This document shows, piece by piece, positions 1-8,407 of a stretch of 24,000 nt of DNA. This DNA comes from Streptococcus phage Javan636. Below the pieces are notes generated by a model that was not told where the DNA came from, ran no database searches, and saw only the letters and a list, made by a program, of their open reading frames with translations. Position 1 is the stretch's first letter; every line of letters starts with the position of its first letter. Made by a program: the position numbers and the translations under genes. The stretch is from sequence record MK448998.1, one strand, 5' to 3'.

Positions 1-1143
1 TTAATACTTTTCCATAACATCAGCAACGTTTGCTTTGAGCTTTTTGGTAACATGAGTATAAATTTGTATTGTGGTTTTTGAGTCGGCATGCCCAACTCTA
101 TCCATGATAGCTTTTAGTGGTACTTTGTTCTCGGCAAGTCGGCTTACAAGAGTGTGCCTAAAAATGTGACTTGTTAGATTTTTATTGATTGGTTCATCTA
201 ATCTTTCGTTTGCCTTTTTTAAAGCTAAATTAAATGAGTTTATTTGCGTTGGTATGCCGTTTTTAGTTGTAAATACATATCCCATATCCTGAAATCTCTC
301 ATTAGTGTTCTTCTCTAATTCATTCATAAATTCTATTTCTTTGATAATCTCAATCTCTCTTTTTGTCATGATTGTCTCACGATATGATGCATTTGTTTTT
401 GGTGTTGTCTTCTCGCCGTTTTTATAACCATCAGAATGGTCATAAGTCCCGTGCAGCTCAAGAACTTTTGTGTCAAAATCATAGTTTTCTGGCCTTATGC
501 TTATTGCCTCGCCAATCCTGCAACCGTTAAGGCTCATAAATTCAGATAATAGAGCCGTTCTGTAAGTGCTAGGTCTTCTATATAATTCTTTCAATAATGG
601 CCTGATTTCATCTTCTTCTAAATATTTTTCCTCAACCTTTTTCCAATCTTCCAGGGTCTTTTTTTGCCTTGGCAATCTAGCTCGTCTTGATGGATTATCC
701 TTTATAATGTCAAGTCTAACAGCATAGTCAAATGCTAAATTTAATAATGTTTTATGTCTTTCTTTTTTGCTTTTTGAGCAATCAAGATTATCAAGGTAGC
801 TTTGTACATACTTTGGATCAATATTAGATACTTTCACATTGATCCCAAACCATTCCCGAATTTCTTTGATATTACCTTTTAGCGATGATATAGATGATTT
901 TTTAATTTCTTGTTTATAGAAATTCCACCAATCGTCAAACAAGTCAGTAAACATCATTTCTGAACTCTCTAAGTTGTTCAGGATTTTAGCTATTTTGTTA
1001 TCAAGATATTGTTGTGCGTATTTTCTTGTCCTGGCATTGTCTTTTTCAACTAAAACAGATACTTTTTTCCATTCATTTGTATACGGATTTTTGTAACGCT
1101 CAACAAAATTTACTTTTCCACTTTTATGTGCTTGCGTCCACAT
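1..1143 (-). CDS. int: Phage site-specific tyrosine recombinase/integrase
   Basis: 380 aa ORF, stop at 1-3 and ATG at 1143; C-terminal catalytic motifs 'GCRIGEA', 'HIFRHTLVSRL', 'GHADSKTTIQIYTH'; located at the edge of the lysogeny module. Confidence 0.97.
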   Translation of the reverse strand: MWTQAHKSGKVNFVERYKNPYTNEWKKVSVLVEKDNARTRKYAQQYLDNKIAKILNNLESSEMMFTDLFDDWWNFYKQEIKKSSISSLKGNIKEIREWFGINVKVSNIDPKYVQSYLDNLDCSKSKKERHKTLLNLAFDYAVRLDIIKDNPSRRARLPRQKKTLEDWKKVEEKYLEEDEIRPLLKELYRRPSTYRTALLSEFMSLNGCRIGEAISIRPENYDFDTKVLELHGTYDHSDGYKNGEKTTPKTNASYRETIMTKREIEIIKEIEFMNELEKNTNERFQDMGYVFTTKNGIPTQINSFNLALKKANERLDEPINKNLTSHIFRHTLVSRLAENKVPLKAIMDRVGHADSKTTIQIYTHVTKKLKANVADVMEKY

Positions 1144-1224
1144 TGATTTATACCTCGCTTTTGTGTTAAAATGGGTATAGTAAAACGACCTACAATCGCA
1201 GGTTATTTACTATTTCTTGCATCA

Positions 1225-1269
1225 CCTCACGCTCAGAGTCGCCAAACTTTGAGAGCGTGAGGTTTTTTT
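1225..1269 (+). terminator. Intrinsic terminator-like hairpin, T-tract on the + strand
   Basis: Perfect 10-bp stem CCTCACGCTC (1225-1234) / GAGCGTGAGG (1253-1262) followed by TTTTTTT. Confidence 0.75.
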
Positions 1270-1273
1270 GTTT

Positions 1274-1735
1274 TTATTTATCTAAATTATCAATAGCAAA
1301 TTGTGCCTCTTCGGGTGTGAATTTTTCACCTGCATCTGATGTTAACTGATCTCTCAATTGTTCGATCGACATTGGTGAGATCTTCATATAATTTTTAGCG
1401 CTTTTTAGAGCTTGTTCATTCCAGTTAACCTTAACATTATCAATTGCATATTGAGCGGCATCGGCTGGGAATTTACTTCCTGCATCTGATGTTAATTGAT
1501 CATATAGTTTTGCTTTAGAGAAAGCTGTAAGTTTTAAATAGTTTTCAGCACTCTTTAAAGCATTCTGATGTTCTAGTGGCACTTTCGGCTCCTCTTTTTT
1601 AACTTCTGATGGTTTTGATGATTGTTCTGTTTTATCATCTTTTTTAGCATCAGATGTACTTGATGAATTGCTTGAGCATGCAACTAGCAATGTAGCAGAC
1701 AACGAAATTAATCCTAAAGAAATTAATTTTTTCAT
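1274..1735 (-). CDS. ltp: Ltp-family surface lipoprotein, putative superinfection exclusion
   Basis: Signal peptide with lipobox LVAC; linker, then two repeated ~45-aa units ('ALKSAENYLKLTAFSKAKLYDQLTSDAGSKFPADAAQYAIDNV' / 'ALKSAKNYMKISPMSIEQLRDQLTSDAGEKFTPEEAQFAIDNL') as in the Ltp/host-cell-surface-exposed lipoprotein family; sits between int and repressor. Confidence 0.88.
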   Translation of the reverse strand: MKKLISLGLISLSATLLVACSSNSSSTSDAKKDDKTEQSSKPSEVKKEEPKVPLEHQNALKSAENYLKLTAFSKAKLYDQLTSDAGSKFPADAAQYAIDNVKVNWNEQALKSAKNYMKISPMSIEQLRDQLTSDAGEKFTPEEAQFAIDNLDK

Positions 1736-1787
1736 AATATATTTCTCCTACCAGCTTTTAACGTGGATCAGGCCTTGCACATTTTTG

Positions 1788-2177
1788 TTAAATTAAGTTT
1801 TTGAATTCTTCTTGTATTATTTGCTGACCCCAAGTTGTTGAGATTTTATATGTATTAGCAAACTGTAACCAATTAAAATCATATATATCATTATTGAGTA
1901 AGTATTCTCTCAACAATTCTCTAACCATAAAACGATCAGCCTCGTTTTCATATTTAGTAAGTAATCTTGCATAATGTTTTGGATCATGATTAATGTGCCC
2001 AATTTCATGCAATATTACTTTTTCTTTTTCTAAATCAGATAGATTTTGATTTACATATATAGTCCGTATATCTGGAAAGTAAAACCCTGAACGTTCCCAC
2101 ATTGTTTCAGGAAATGTAAATAATTCTATCTTATATTCTTTTAGAATATCATTTATCTTCACTATTACCAACCCCAA
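1788..2177 (-). CDS. ImmA/IrrE-family metallo-endopeptidase
   Basis: HExxH motif 'LHEIGHINH'; adjacent to and overlapping the CI-like repressor gene. The true start may be internal to the listed ORF. Confidence 0.9.
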   Translation of the reverse strand: MGLVIVKINDILKEYKIELFTFPETMWERSGFYFPDIRTIYVNQNLSDLEKEKVILHEIGHINHDPKHYARLLTKYENEADRFMVRELLREYLLNNDIYDFNWLQFANTYKISTTWGQQIIQEEFKNLI

Positions 2178-2511
2178 GAGATAATTTTATTATAGCCTCA
2201 ATTTTTTCAACGTCGTCATCTGATAGGGGTTTTCCATCGAACATAACAACACGTTCACGTAGATTTGTTAAGTCTATTTTTTCTTTTTTATTTTCAGGCT
2301 TATCTTCAATTAAGTCAGATTTCTCAATATTGAAGTAATTAGCTAGCATTTCAACTTTATCAATTCTTGGATATGTTCTTCCGATAGTCCAATCTGTGAC
2401 AGTAGTATATTTAAACCCAAGATCTTCAACGAGTTTATTTCTGTCAACTCCACGTTGTTGCATGAATTTTTTTAAGTTTCTAGCAAAAATTTCTTTATTT
2501 CCTAAAGTCAT
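2149..2511 (-). CDS. CI-like phage repressor (XRE-family HTH)
   Basis: N-terminal HTH 'VEDLGFKYTTVTDWTIGRTYPRIDKVEMLANYF'; divergent from cro-like gene. Confidence 0.9.
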   Translation of the reverse strand: MTLGNKEIFARNLKKFMQQRGVDRNKLVEDLGFKYTTVTDWTIGRTYPRIDKVEMLANYFNIEKSDLIEDKPENKKEKIDLTNLRERVVMFDGKPLSDDDVEKIEAIIKLSLGVGNSEDK

Positions 2512-2536
2512 AGTTTTATCGCTCCTTATATAGTAG

Positions 2537-2565
2537 ATTATACGATATAAACGTAGTTAAGTAAA
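2537..2565 (-). promoter_or_regulatory. Repressor (leftward) promoter
   Basis: Minus strand: TTTACT (2560-2565) - 17 nt - TATAAT (2537-2542). Confidence 0.6.
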
Positions 2566-2634
2566 GAGAAAACTAAAAAATTCCGTAAAAAAACGTAATT
2601 TACTCTTGACATTATGTTTTAAACGTAATATACT
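2549..2634. promoter_or_regulatory. Three repeated operator-like sites in the genetic switch
   Basis: Direct repeats AAACGTAGTTAAGT (2549-2562), AAACGTAATTTACT (2591-2604), AAACGTAATATACT (2621-2634) overlapping both divergent promoters. Confidence 0.65.
2606..2634 (+). promoter_or_regulatory. Rightward lytic promoter
   Basis: TTGACA (2606-2611) - 17 nt - TATACT (2629-2634) upstream of the cro-like gene. Confidence 0.75.
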
Positions 2635-2659
2635 GGATTTACAAAGAAAGGAGAAACAA

Positions 2660-2863
2660 ATGAAGTTTACACTAAAAGCATTAAGAAGTCTGAAAAATTG
2701 GACTCAATTAGAAGCTGCTGAAGCCCTTGGAGTATCAGTAGATACATGGGGAAACTGGGAGCGCGGGAAAAATGCACCAAGCTATTCTAAGATTGAAAAA
2801 ATCGTAGAAGTCTTTGGTGTCCCTTATGATGACATTATTTTTTTACCTAACATTACGGTTTAA
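2660..2863 (+). CDS. Cro-like XRE-family regulator
   Basis: HTH 'TQLEAAEALGVSVDTWGNWERG'; RBS AAAGGAG 6 nt upstream of ATG 2660 (the track start at 2606 coincides with the -35 box and is unlikely). Confidence 0.88.
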   Translation: MKFTLKALRSLKNWTQLEAAEALGVSVDTWGNWERGKNAPSYSKIEKIVEVFGVPYDDIIFLPNITV

Positions 2864-2881
2864 ACATAAAAAAGGAGATAT

Positions 2882-3610
2882 ATGAACGAATTAATTAACA
2901 TCAAACTGAATGAAAATAACGAACCAGTTGTCAGCGCTAGAGATCTTCATAAAAGCCTAGAAATATCAAAACGATTTAGTGCATGGTTTGAACAAAATTC
3001 AAAACTTTTTATTGAAAATGAAGAATTTGCAAGTGTACCTAAAGGTACACCCGTTACTGGTGGTAACGGAAACATTCAATATCTTGATGATTATGTTCTA
3101 ACTTTGGACATGGCTAAACAATTAGCAATGATGTCAAGAACAGACAAAGGGAAAGAAGTACGCAAATACTTCATCCAAGTTGAAAAAGATTTCAACAGCC
3201 CTGAAAAAATCATGGCTAGAGCATTACTGATGGCAGACAAAAAAGTGCATAAGCTAGAGGCACAGATTGAGGCTGACAAGCCAAAGGTGATTTTTGCTGA
3301 TGCGGTAAGTGCAAGCAAGTCATCAATATTGATTGGAGAGCTTGCAAAGTTACTTAAACAAAATGGTATTGATATTGGCCAAAATAAACTGTTCCAATGG
3401 TTGCGATTAAATGGCTACCTGATCAACCGAAAAGGTGAAAGTTGGAACCAACCTACTCAACGCAGCATGGAACTTGGATTATTCCAATTGAAAAAAACGA
3501 ATATCAACCATCCAGATGGACACACAACAGTTAACACTACTACAAAAGTTACAGGCAAAGGCCAACAATACTTTGTCAATAAATTTCTTAACCAAGAAAA
3601 ATTGGTATAG
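2882..3610 (+). CDS. Phage antirepressor, AntA/AntB-like N-terminus with KilAC-type C-terminus
   Basis: 'VVSARDLHKSLEISKRFSAWFEQN...' and C-terminal 'IGELAKLLKQNGIDIGQNKLFQWLRLNGYL'. Confidence 0.93.
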   Translation: MNELINIKLNENNEPVVSARDLHKSLEISKRFSAWFEQNSKLFIENEEFASVPKGTPVTGGNGNIQYLDDYVLTLDMAKQLAMMSRTDKGKEVRKYFIQVEKDFNSPEKIMARALLMADKKVHKLEAQIEADKPKVIFADAVSASKSSILIGELAKLLKQNGIDIGQNKLFQWLRLNGYLINRKGESWNQPTQRSMELGLFQLKKTNINHPDGHTTVNTTTKVTGKGQQYFVNKFLNQEKLV

Positions 3611-3688
3611 AAAAAAGCGCCCAAGTGGAGTTGGACGCAGAACAAAAATTATTTAACAAAATTATAGCATATAAGAGGTGATTTTACT

Positions 3689-4000
3689 ATGCCAAAAGCA
3701 GAAATAATTTACAGACCAGCCAATCAGTCGGAAAAGGCAACGCATGGTGATTATAAGCATCTATGCAAGATTTGGGAGGGATTATCAACCAGTACAGCTA
3801 AACTTTGGACAACTGAGATGCGAGAGCATCCTGATTTTAAACAGTTCGTTTATAACCCAACACACAAAATTGTTTTTATCGATTACAAAGGATTTGATCT
3901 TTTCGTTAAGTGGAAATCCAGAAATAGATATAGAGATAAAAAAGAGACATTAGCAGAAATGCTTGAAAATATTAAACTTGAAAAACGATTAGGAGTTTAA
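3689..4000 (+). CDS. Conserved phage hypothetical protein
   Basis: 103 aa ORF with RBS AGAGGTG upstream, in a tight co-oriented array. Confidence 0.7.
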   Translation: MPKAEIIYRPANQSEKATHGDYKHLCKIWEGLSTSTAKLWTTEMREHPDFKQFVYNPTHKIVFIDYKGFDLFVKWKSRNRYRDKKETLAEMLENIKLEKRLGV

Positions 4001-4002
4001 CT

Positions 4003-4239
4003 ATGACAACTATAACAGAAAATCCAATAACAGCTGTTGTCGTCTTGATAACAATAGCAATCGTCGCTTATTTAGGAAATCGCAACAGCAATCAAAAGAC
4101 GATTGAAAGAACAACTAAAACAATTATTGAAAATAATATCGTTGTTCGTAAAGTTGAAAAACCACGCAGAACAGATTTTATTGAAGGTCCAACACCTGGA
4201 TCGTGTGGAAAGATCTGGGGCGTAGATAGACCGTTTTAG
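4003..4239 (+). CDS. Small protein with one predicted transmembrane segment
   Basis: Hydrophobic stretch 'AVVVLITIAIVAYLG'. Confidence 0.65.
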   Translation: MTTITENPITAVVVLITIAIVAYLGNRNSNQKTIERTTKTIIENNIVVRKVEKPRRTDFIEGPTPGSCGKIWGVDRPF

Positions 4240-4248
4240 GAGAATGAC

Positions 4249-4551
4249 ATGAACAGAATTAAAGAGTTAAGAAAAGCTAAAAAATTGACTCAAGAAAATT
4301 TAGCAAATGAAATTGGCGTGACAAAACTAACGATTTCAAGGTGGGAAAATGGTGAAGTAAAAATAAAACCAGAGAAAGCCGATTTGCTATCAAATTACTT
4401 CGGAGTGCATCCGTCATATCTTATGGGGTATATTGATGTACCTGGTCAACTCAAAGAAAACGAAGTCGCTATTGACAAACATTTACTTGAAAAGTACAAA
4501 AAAGCCCATGACGTGTTAGTTGGCTTACGATTAATTTTGAACGAGAGGTAA
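4249..4551 (+). CDS. XRE-family HTH regulator
   Basis: 'MNRIKELRKAKKLTQENLANEIGVTKLTISRWENG'. Confidence 0.85.
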   Translation: MNRIKELRKAKKLTQENLANEIGVTKLTISRWENGEVKIKPEKADLLSNYFGVHPSYLMGYIDVPGQLKENEVAIDKHLLEKYKKAHDVLVGLRLILNER

Positions 4552-4558
4552 GCATTTA

Positions 4559-4910
4559 ATGCAATACATATTTCAAAAACACGACAAGTAGTTACACAGC
4601 AGTAAGCAATGAATTTATAAATGATACCAAACTAACACTTAAAGCAAAAGGTCTATTACTAGTTATATTAAGCAATAAGGATGATTGGAGAGTCTATCCT
4701 GATGAACTAGCTAAAAGATCAAAAGATAGCATCAGAGTTGTTAGAACATGTCTTGAAGAACTTGAGAGAGAAGGATATATCAAGACTTATAAAAAATCTC
4801 TGGGGAGAGGTAAAGGTATTACACGTTATAGATTTTGTGCTGATAGAAAAATATCTGAACAAGCATACAGACAGTTGATAAGTGAACTCGAAAGTGAGTT
4901 TACAACTTAA
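4559..4910 (+). pseudogene. Frameshifted HTH replication-initiator-like N-terminal domain (absent from the ORF track)
   Basis: ATG at 4559 starts MQYIFQKHDK*; removing one nt near 4574 gives MQYIFKNTTSSYTAVSNEFINDTKLTLKAKGLLLVILSNKDDWRVYPDELAKRSKDSIRVVRTCLEELEREGYIKTYKKS...ESEFTT*, a typical phage HTH replication/DnaD N-terminal pattern. The long reading frame (4560-4910) has no ATG/GTG start. Confidence 0.7.
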
Positions 4911-4912
4911 CG

Positions 4913-4957
4913 TTTTACAACTTTGTATTTTACAACTTTGTATTTTACAACTTTGTA
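4913..4957 (+). repeat. Three perfect tandem 15-bp repeats (TTTTACAACTTTGTA)
   Basis: 4913-4927, 4928-4942, 4943-4957; preceded by degenerate TTTACAACTT and bounded by CGTTTTACAA...TTGTAAAACG. Confidence 0.9.
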
Positions 4958-5051
4958 AAACGTAACACTAACAATTACTAACATAACAATAAATACTAAC
5001 TAATAATAAATACTAACAACAAATAAGGAGCAGCTGCTAGAGAGGCTAAAG

Positions 5052-5441
5052 ATGGATAAAAAAACATTATTCGAAAACTTTCAAAAAAACTGGATGCGTC
5101 TCATTTCTCCATTTGAGATAGAAGATATTGAAAAATGGATTGATGAAGACAACATGCCGGTTGAGGTAATAAACGAAGCCTTGAAAGAAACAGTTATCTA
5201 TAACGCAAAAAATACCAGGTACTTGAATAGAGTGCTTAATAACTGGAAAGCAAATGGTATTGATACTGTTGAAAAAGTAGAAATTTCAAGACTTGAATTT
5301 GAAAACAGAAAACAAGGAAAACCTCAAAATACGACAGCGTCAAATATTCCGGCGTGGTCAAATCCCAATTATCAACAACCTGACTATGACACTTTCAAGG
5401 TTGATCCGAGCGAGGTAAAAGATGAACCAGGAGCTTTTTGA
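5052..5441 (+). CDS. DnaD-like domain replication protein
   Basis: 'FENFQKNWMRLISPFEIEDIEKWIDEDNMPVEVINEALKETVIYNAKNTRYLNRVLNNWKANGI' matches the DnaD C-terminal pattern. Confidence 0.85.
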   Translation: MDKKTLFENFQKNWMRLISPFEIEDIEKWIDEDNMPVEVINEALKETVIYNAKNTRYLNRVLNNWKANGIDTVEKVEISRLEFENRKQGKPQNTTASNIPAWSNPNYQQPDYDTFKVDPSEVKDEPGAF

Positions 5442-5667
5442 ACTTTTCAATTACCAACTTAAGAAAGACTACGGTAAGTCTGCAAGTATTGAAACATTTA
5501 ATAAGTTTACTGCTTATTGCAAAGCAGGAAAAGAAGTAAACGGAGTTAAACCAATTTTGCATTGGATAAATCTTTATGCATTCGGAACAGGAATGACAAG
5601 CGACGAAGCTGAAAAGTTGAGGTACAAAAGATATCGAGAGGAACATAACATTGAGTTTAAAAAATAA
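5422..5667 (+). CDS. Phage hypothetical protein
   Basis: 81 aa ORF overlapping the preceding gene by 20 nt; co-oriented. Confidence 0.55.
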   Translation: MNQELFELFNYQLKKDYGKSASIETFNKFTAYCKAGKEVNGVKPILHWINLYAFGTGMTSDEAEKLRYKRYREEHNIEFKK

Positions 5668-5668
5668 A

Positions 5669-5995
5669 ATGACTGATTTAGAAAAGCGAGTATTTTGCTT
5701 TATTCCAATGGGAGCGGATAGAAAAGTAAAAAGCGAAGAAATCGAACGTGTTTTTGGAATTACAAGCAGACAAGTTAGAGACATTACATATAATCTCACA
5801 CAAATTGGTATTCCAGTTGTTACCAGCAAGAAAAAAGACGGTGGTTATTATATAGCAACAACAGAAGCTGAACGTCAAGAAGGTCTTAGAGCAAACAGAA
5901 GTCAAGTGCAATCAGAACTAAAACGCATCAAAGCAGTTGAGTCAGTAGACCTTAATAATTTCAGGGCAATTGCGGAGGATTTGAGGCATGTTTGA
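5669..5995 (+). CDS. Small protein with winged-helix/HTH-like region
   Basis: 'KVKSEEIERVFGITSRQVRDITYNLTQIGIPVVTSKKKDGGYYIA'; ATG at 5669 preferred over TTG at 5651. Confidence 0.7.
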   Translation: MTDLEKRVFCFIPMGADRKVKSEEIERVFGITSRQVRDITYNLTQIGIPVVTSKKKDGGYYIATTEAERQEGLRANRSQVQSELKRIKAVESVDLNNFRAIAEDLRHV

Positions 5996-6248
5996 GATTA
6001 GATTGAATAATAACACTATCGAGTATTCAAATGAGCTTAGAGACGCTCTTATAAGCACTATCGACTACATTCTCGGTAGAGATGACAAGACATTGTATAA
6101 GCTTTATTACACATACAGAAATTACACAAGTGAAGACTTGATTGAAGCAATACAAGAGTTAACAGATGACAAGTTTGAATTGATCATTAATACGATAGCT
6201 GGTAGCAATATCACAATCAAACAAGAGATTTTAAATTTAGGAGAATAA
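5988..6248 (+). CDS. Phage hypothetical protein
   Basis: 86 aa ORF, overlapping start with the upstream gene. Confidence 0.7.
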   Translation: MFEIRLNNNTIEYSNELRDALISTIDYILGRDDKTLYKLYYTYRNYTSEDLIEAIQELTDDKFELIINTIAGSNITIKQEILNLGE

Positions 6249-6250
6249 AA

Positions 6251-6982
6251 ATGACAAATGAAATGACGAAACAAGCAAAAGGGGATTTTCTAACAAATCC
6301 GCAAGCATTAACTGGCAATATTATCCGAAAATATTTAGACCCACAAGGAAAAGCAAGCGAAGAAGAATTAGCGTATTTTATTGCAACTTGTAAAGAACGT
6401 AATTTGAACCCATTCACTAAAGAAGTTTACTTTATCAAGTATGGCACAAATCCAGCTCAGATTGTAGTATCAAAAGACGCATTCATGAAACGTGCTGAAC
6501 AAAATCAAAACTTTGACGGATTTGAAGCTGGTGTAGTCATTATCAATGACGGAGAGCTTAAACACATAACTGGCACGATTTTACCTCCAAACGCAACTTT
6601 AGTTGGTGGGTGGGCTAAAGTTTACCGAAAAGACAGAAAATTCCCAATCGAAGCTGACGCCGATTTTAAAGCATACAATACTGGTAAATCCATGTGGGCA
6701 AAAATGCCAGCATTGATGATCCGTAAAGTTGCCCTTGTATCAGCAATGCGCGAAGCGTTCTCTGAAAATGTTGGTGGTCTATATACAACTGATGAAATGG
6801 GGCAAAATGACCCAATTGACGTAACACCAGCTGAAAGCCAGGAAGAAGTTAAAGCTCGCAAAATGAAGGAAATCGAGTCATATAATCAGCAACAAGCTGA
6901 CCAAGTAATTGACGAGCAACAACCTGACTTATTCCAAGCGTCTGAACCAATCTCAGACGAAGACCTACCATTTACGGTTTAG
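6251..6982 (+). CDS. bet: Phage recombination protein Bet / RecT-superfamily annealase
   Basis: 'FIATCKERNLNPFTKEVYFIKYGTNPAQIVVSKDAFMKRAEQN...GWAKVYRKDRKFPIEADADFKAYN...WAKMPALMIRKVALVSAMREAF'. Confidence 0.93.
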   Translation: MTNEMTKQAKGDFLTNPQALTGNIIRKYLDPQGKASEEELAYFIATCKERNLNPFTKEVYFIKYGTNPAQIVVSKDAFMKRAEQNQNFDGFEAGVVIINDGELKHITGTILPPNATLVGGWAKVYRKDRKFPIEADADFKAYNTGKSMWAKMPALMIRKVALVSAMREAFSENVGGLYTTDEMGQNDPIDVTPAESQEEVKARKMKEIESYNQQQADQVIDEQQPDLFQASEPISDEDLPFTV

Positions 6983-6991
6983 GAGGTAAAA

Positions 6992-7966
6992 ATGGCAATA
7001 AAAGAAGCAGAAAAAGTTAACCATTTGGACAATATAGAAATAAATTACACTCCGGCCGTTGTTTCATTCAATGACTTCGAAGCATTTGAAAAAGGTGTTG
7101 AAGAAGCAATTGCAAGATATAGCACATTCGACCTCGAAGTAAACACTATTGAAGAAGTTAGGAACGCAAGGACTGACTTAAATGCTTTATCTAAAAAGCT
7201 AGAAGATAAGCGTAAAGAAATAAAAAGAGAAATCAACGGTCCTTATGCTAAATTTGAAAATCAGTATAAAGTGCCATATCAAAAATTAGAGAAACTAATC
7301 TCAGATTTAAAAAATCAAATTGACGATTACGAAGAAAATCAAAAATTATTGCGAAAAGATAAAGTAAAAACATATTTTTACGAAAAAGCAGAAGAAGCAA
7401 ATCTAAATAAACAAGTGTTTGATCAGTATCTTGACCAGTTTTTGAAAGCAACTGATTTTACAGCAACATTTAATTTCAAAAAATCAACACTAGAAAAAAT
7501 GGACTCAATCATTATTGATGAAATCCAGAAACAAGATCAACGTGACGCAGATTTGATAGCTATCACAGATTTATGCGCTAGAAATAATTTAGGATCCGCA
7601 AGCTATATCAGACAGTACGATAATGGGGCTTCACTTGCTGAAATTTTAGGTCTAATCAATAGAGATGTTGAAGAAATTAAGAGAACCAAAGAATTAAGCG
7701 AGGCTAAGCGTATCGCAGACGAAAAAGCCATGGCTGATCGTCAGGCAGCTATTGAGGCGCAGGCTAAAGAAGAAGCTAACAAAGTAATCAAAGCTGTAAA
7801 TCAGGAAACTGGAGAGATTATAGAACGACCAGTAGAAACAGAAGTCGTTAAATATGAAACAACAATCAAATTCATTATGGATCTTGAACAGGCTAAAAAA
7901 TTCAAATCATTCTTGGACGAAAATGATTTTGAATTTGAAACGCTAGTAGGTATGAAAAGGATTTAA
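6992..7966 (+). CDS. DUF1351-like protein, nucleic-acid metabolism, next to Bet
   Basis: 324 aa, coiled-coil rich, typical neighbour of Bet/RecT in Firmicutes phages. Confidence 0.7.
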   Translation: MAIKEAEKVNHLDNIEINYTPAVVSFNDFEAFEKGVEEAIARYSTFDLEVNTIEEVRNARTDLNALSKKLEDKRKEIKREINGPYAKFENQYKVPYQKLEKLISDLKNQIDDYEENQKLLRKDKVKTYFYEKAEEANLNKQVFDQYLDQFLKATDFTATFNFKKSTLEKMDSIIIDEIQKQDQRDADLIAITDLCARNNLGSASYIRQYDNGASLAEILGLINRDVEEIKRTKELSEAKRIADEKAMADRQAAIEAQAKEEANKVIKAVNQETGEIIERPVETEVVKYETTIKFIMDLEQAKKFKSFLDENDFEFETLVGMKRI

Positions 7967-7970
7967 CAAT

Positions 7971-8303
7971 ATGAATAGATTGAAAGAATTACGAAAAGAG
8001 AAAAAACTAACTCAAAAAGCGCTAGCGGAAAAGTTAAAAATACCATACCGCACTATTCAAAATTGGGAAAATGAAGATGTACAAATAAAACCTGACAAAG
8101 CTAAACAGTTAGCTGACTATTTCAACGTAACTATTGCTTATCTATTAGGTCATAGCGATTTTAAAAAATCAATTTCATTGAAAGATTTACTTTTCCATGA
8201 AATTAAAGGTCTGAAAGAATACAGAATGCTTCGAGTAGGAAATGAAAATTATATATCTGAAAATGATGTATTAAATGTTATTTCAAGATATGTAAATAGT
8301 TAA
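7971..8303 (+). CDS. XRE-family HTH regulator
   Basis: 'MNRLKELRKEKKLTQKALAEKLKIPYRTIQNWENEDVQIKPDKAKQLADYFNVTIAYLLGH'. Confidence 0.85.
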   Translation: MNRLKELRKEKKLTQKALAEKLKIPYRTIQNWENEDVQIKPDKAKQLADYFNVTIAYLLGHSDFKKSISLKDLLFHEIKGLKEYRMLRVGNENYISENDVLNVISRYVNS

Positions 8304-8311
8304 GTAACAAC

Positions 8312-8344
8312 TTATTGCAAAGCGAGGCCTGGCCTTTGCAATAA
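8312..8344 (+). other. Strong intergenic hairpin
   Basis: Perfect 11-bp stem TTATTGCAAAG (8312-8322) / CTTTGCAATAA (8334-8344); no clear T-tract directly after. Confidence 0.6.
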
Positions 8345-8407
8345 TAAAATTTTCCAGGCAAGAAAGGAAATTTTTGGTCTTATCGTCAGATTAACAGGAC
8401 TGATGAT

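Noticed and set aside
4913-4957. Considered a CRISPR array because of the perfect tandem repeats
   Set aside because: 15-bp repeats are directly adjacent with no spacers and no cas genes; iteron-like or decayed coding repeats fit better.
5395-5829. 144-aa ORF on the minus strand
   Set aside because: It lies antisense to three well-supported plus-strand genes with overlapping starts and has no recognizable domain; likely spurious.
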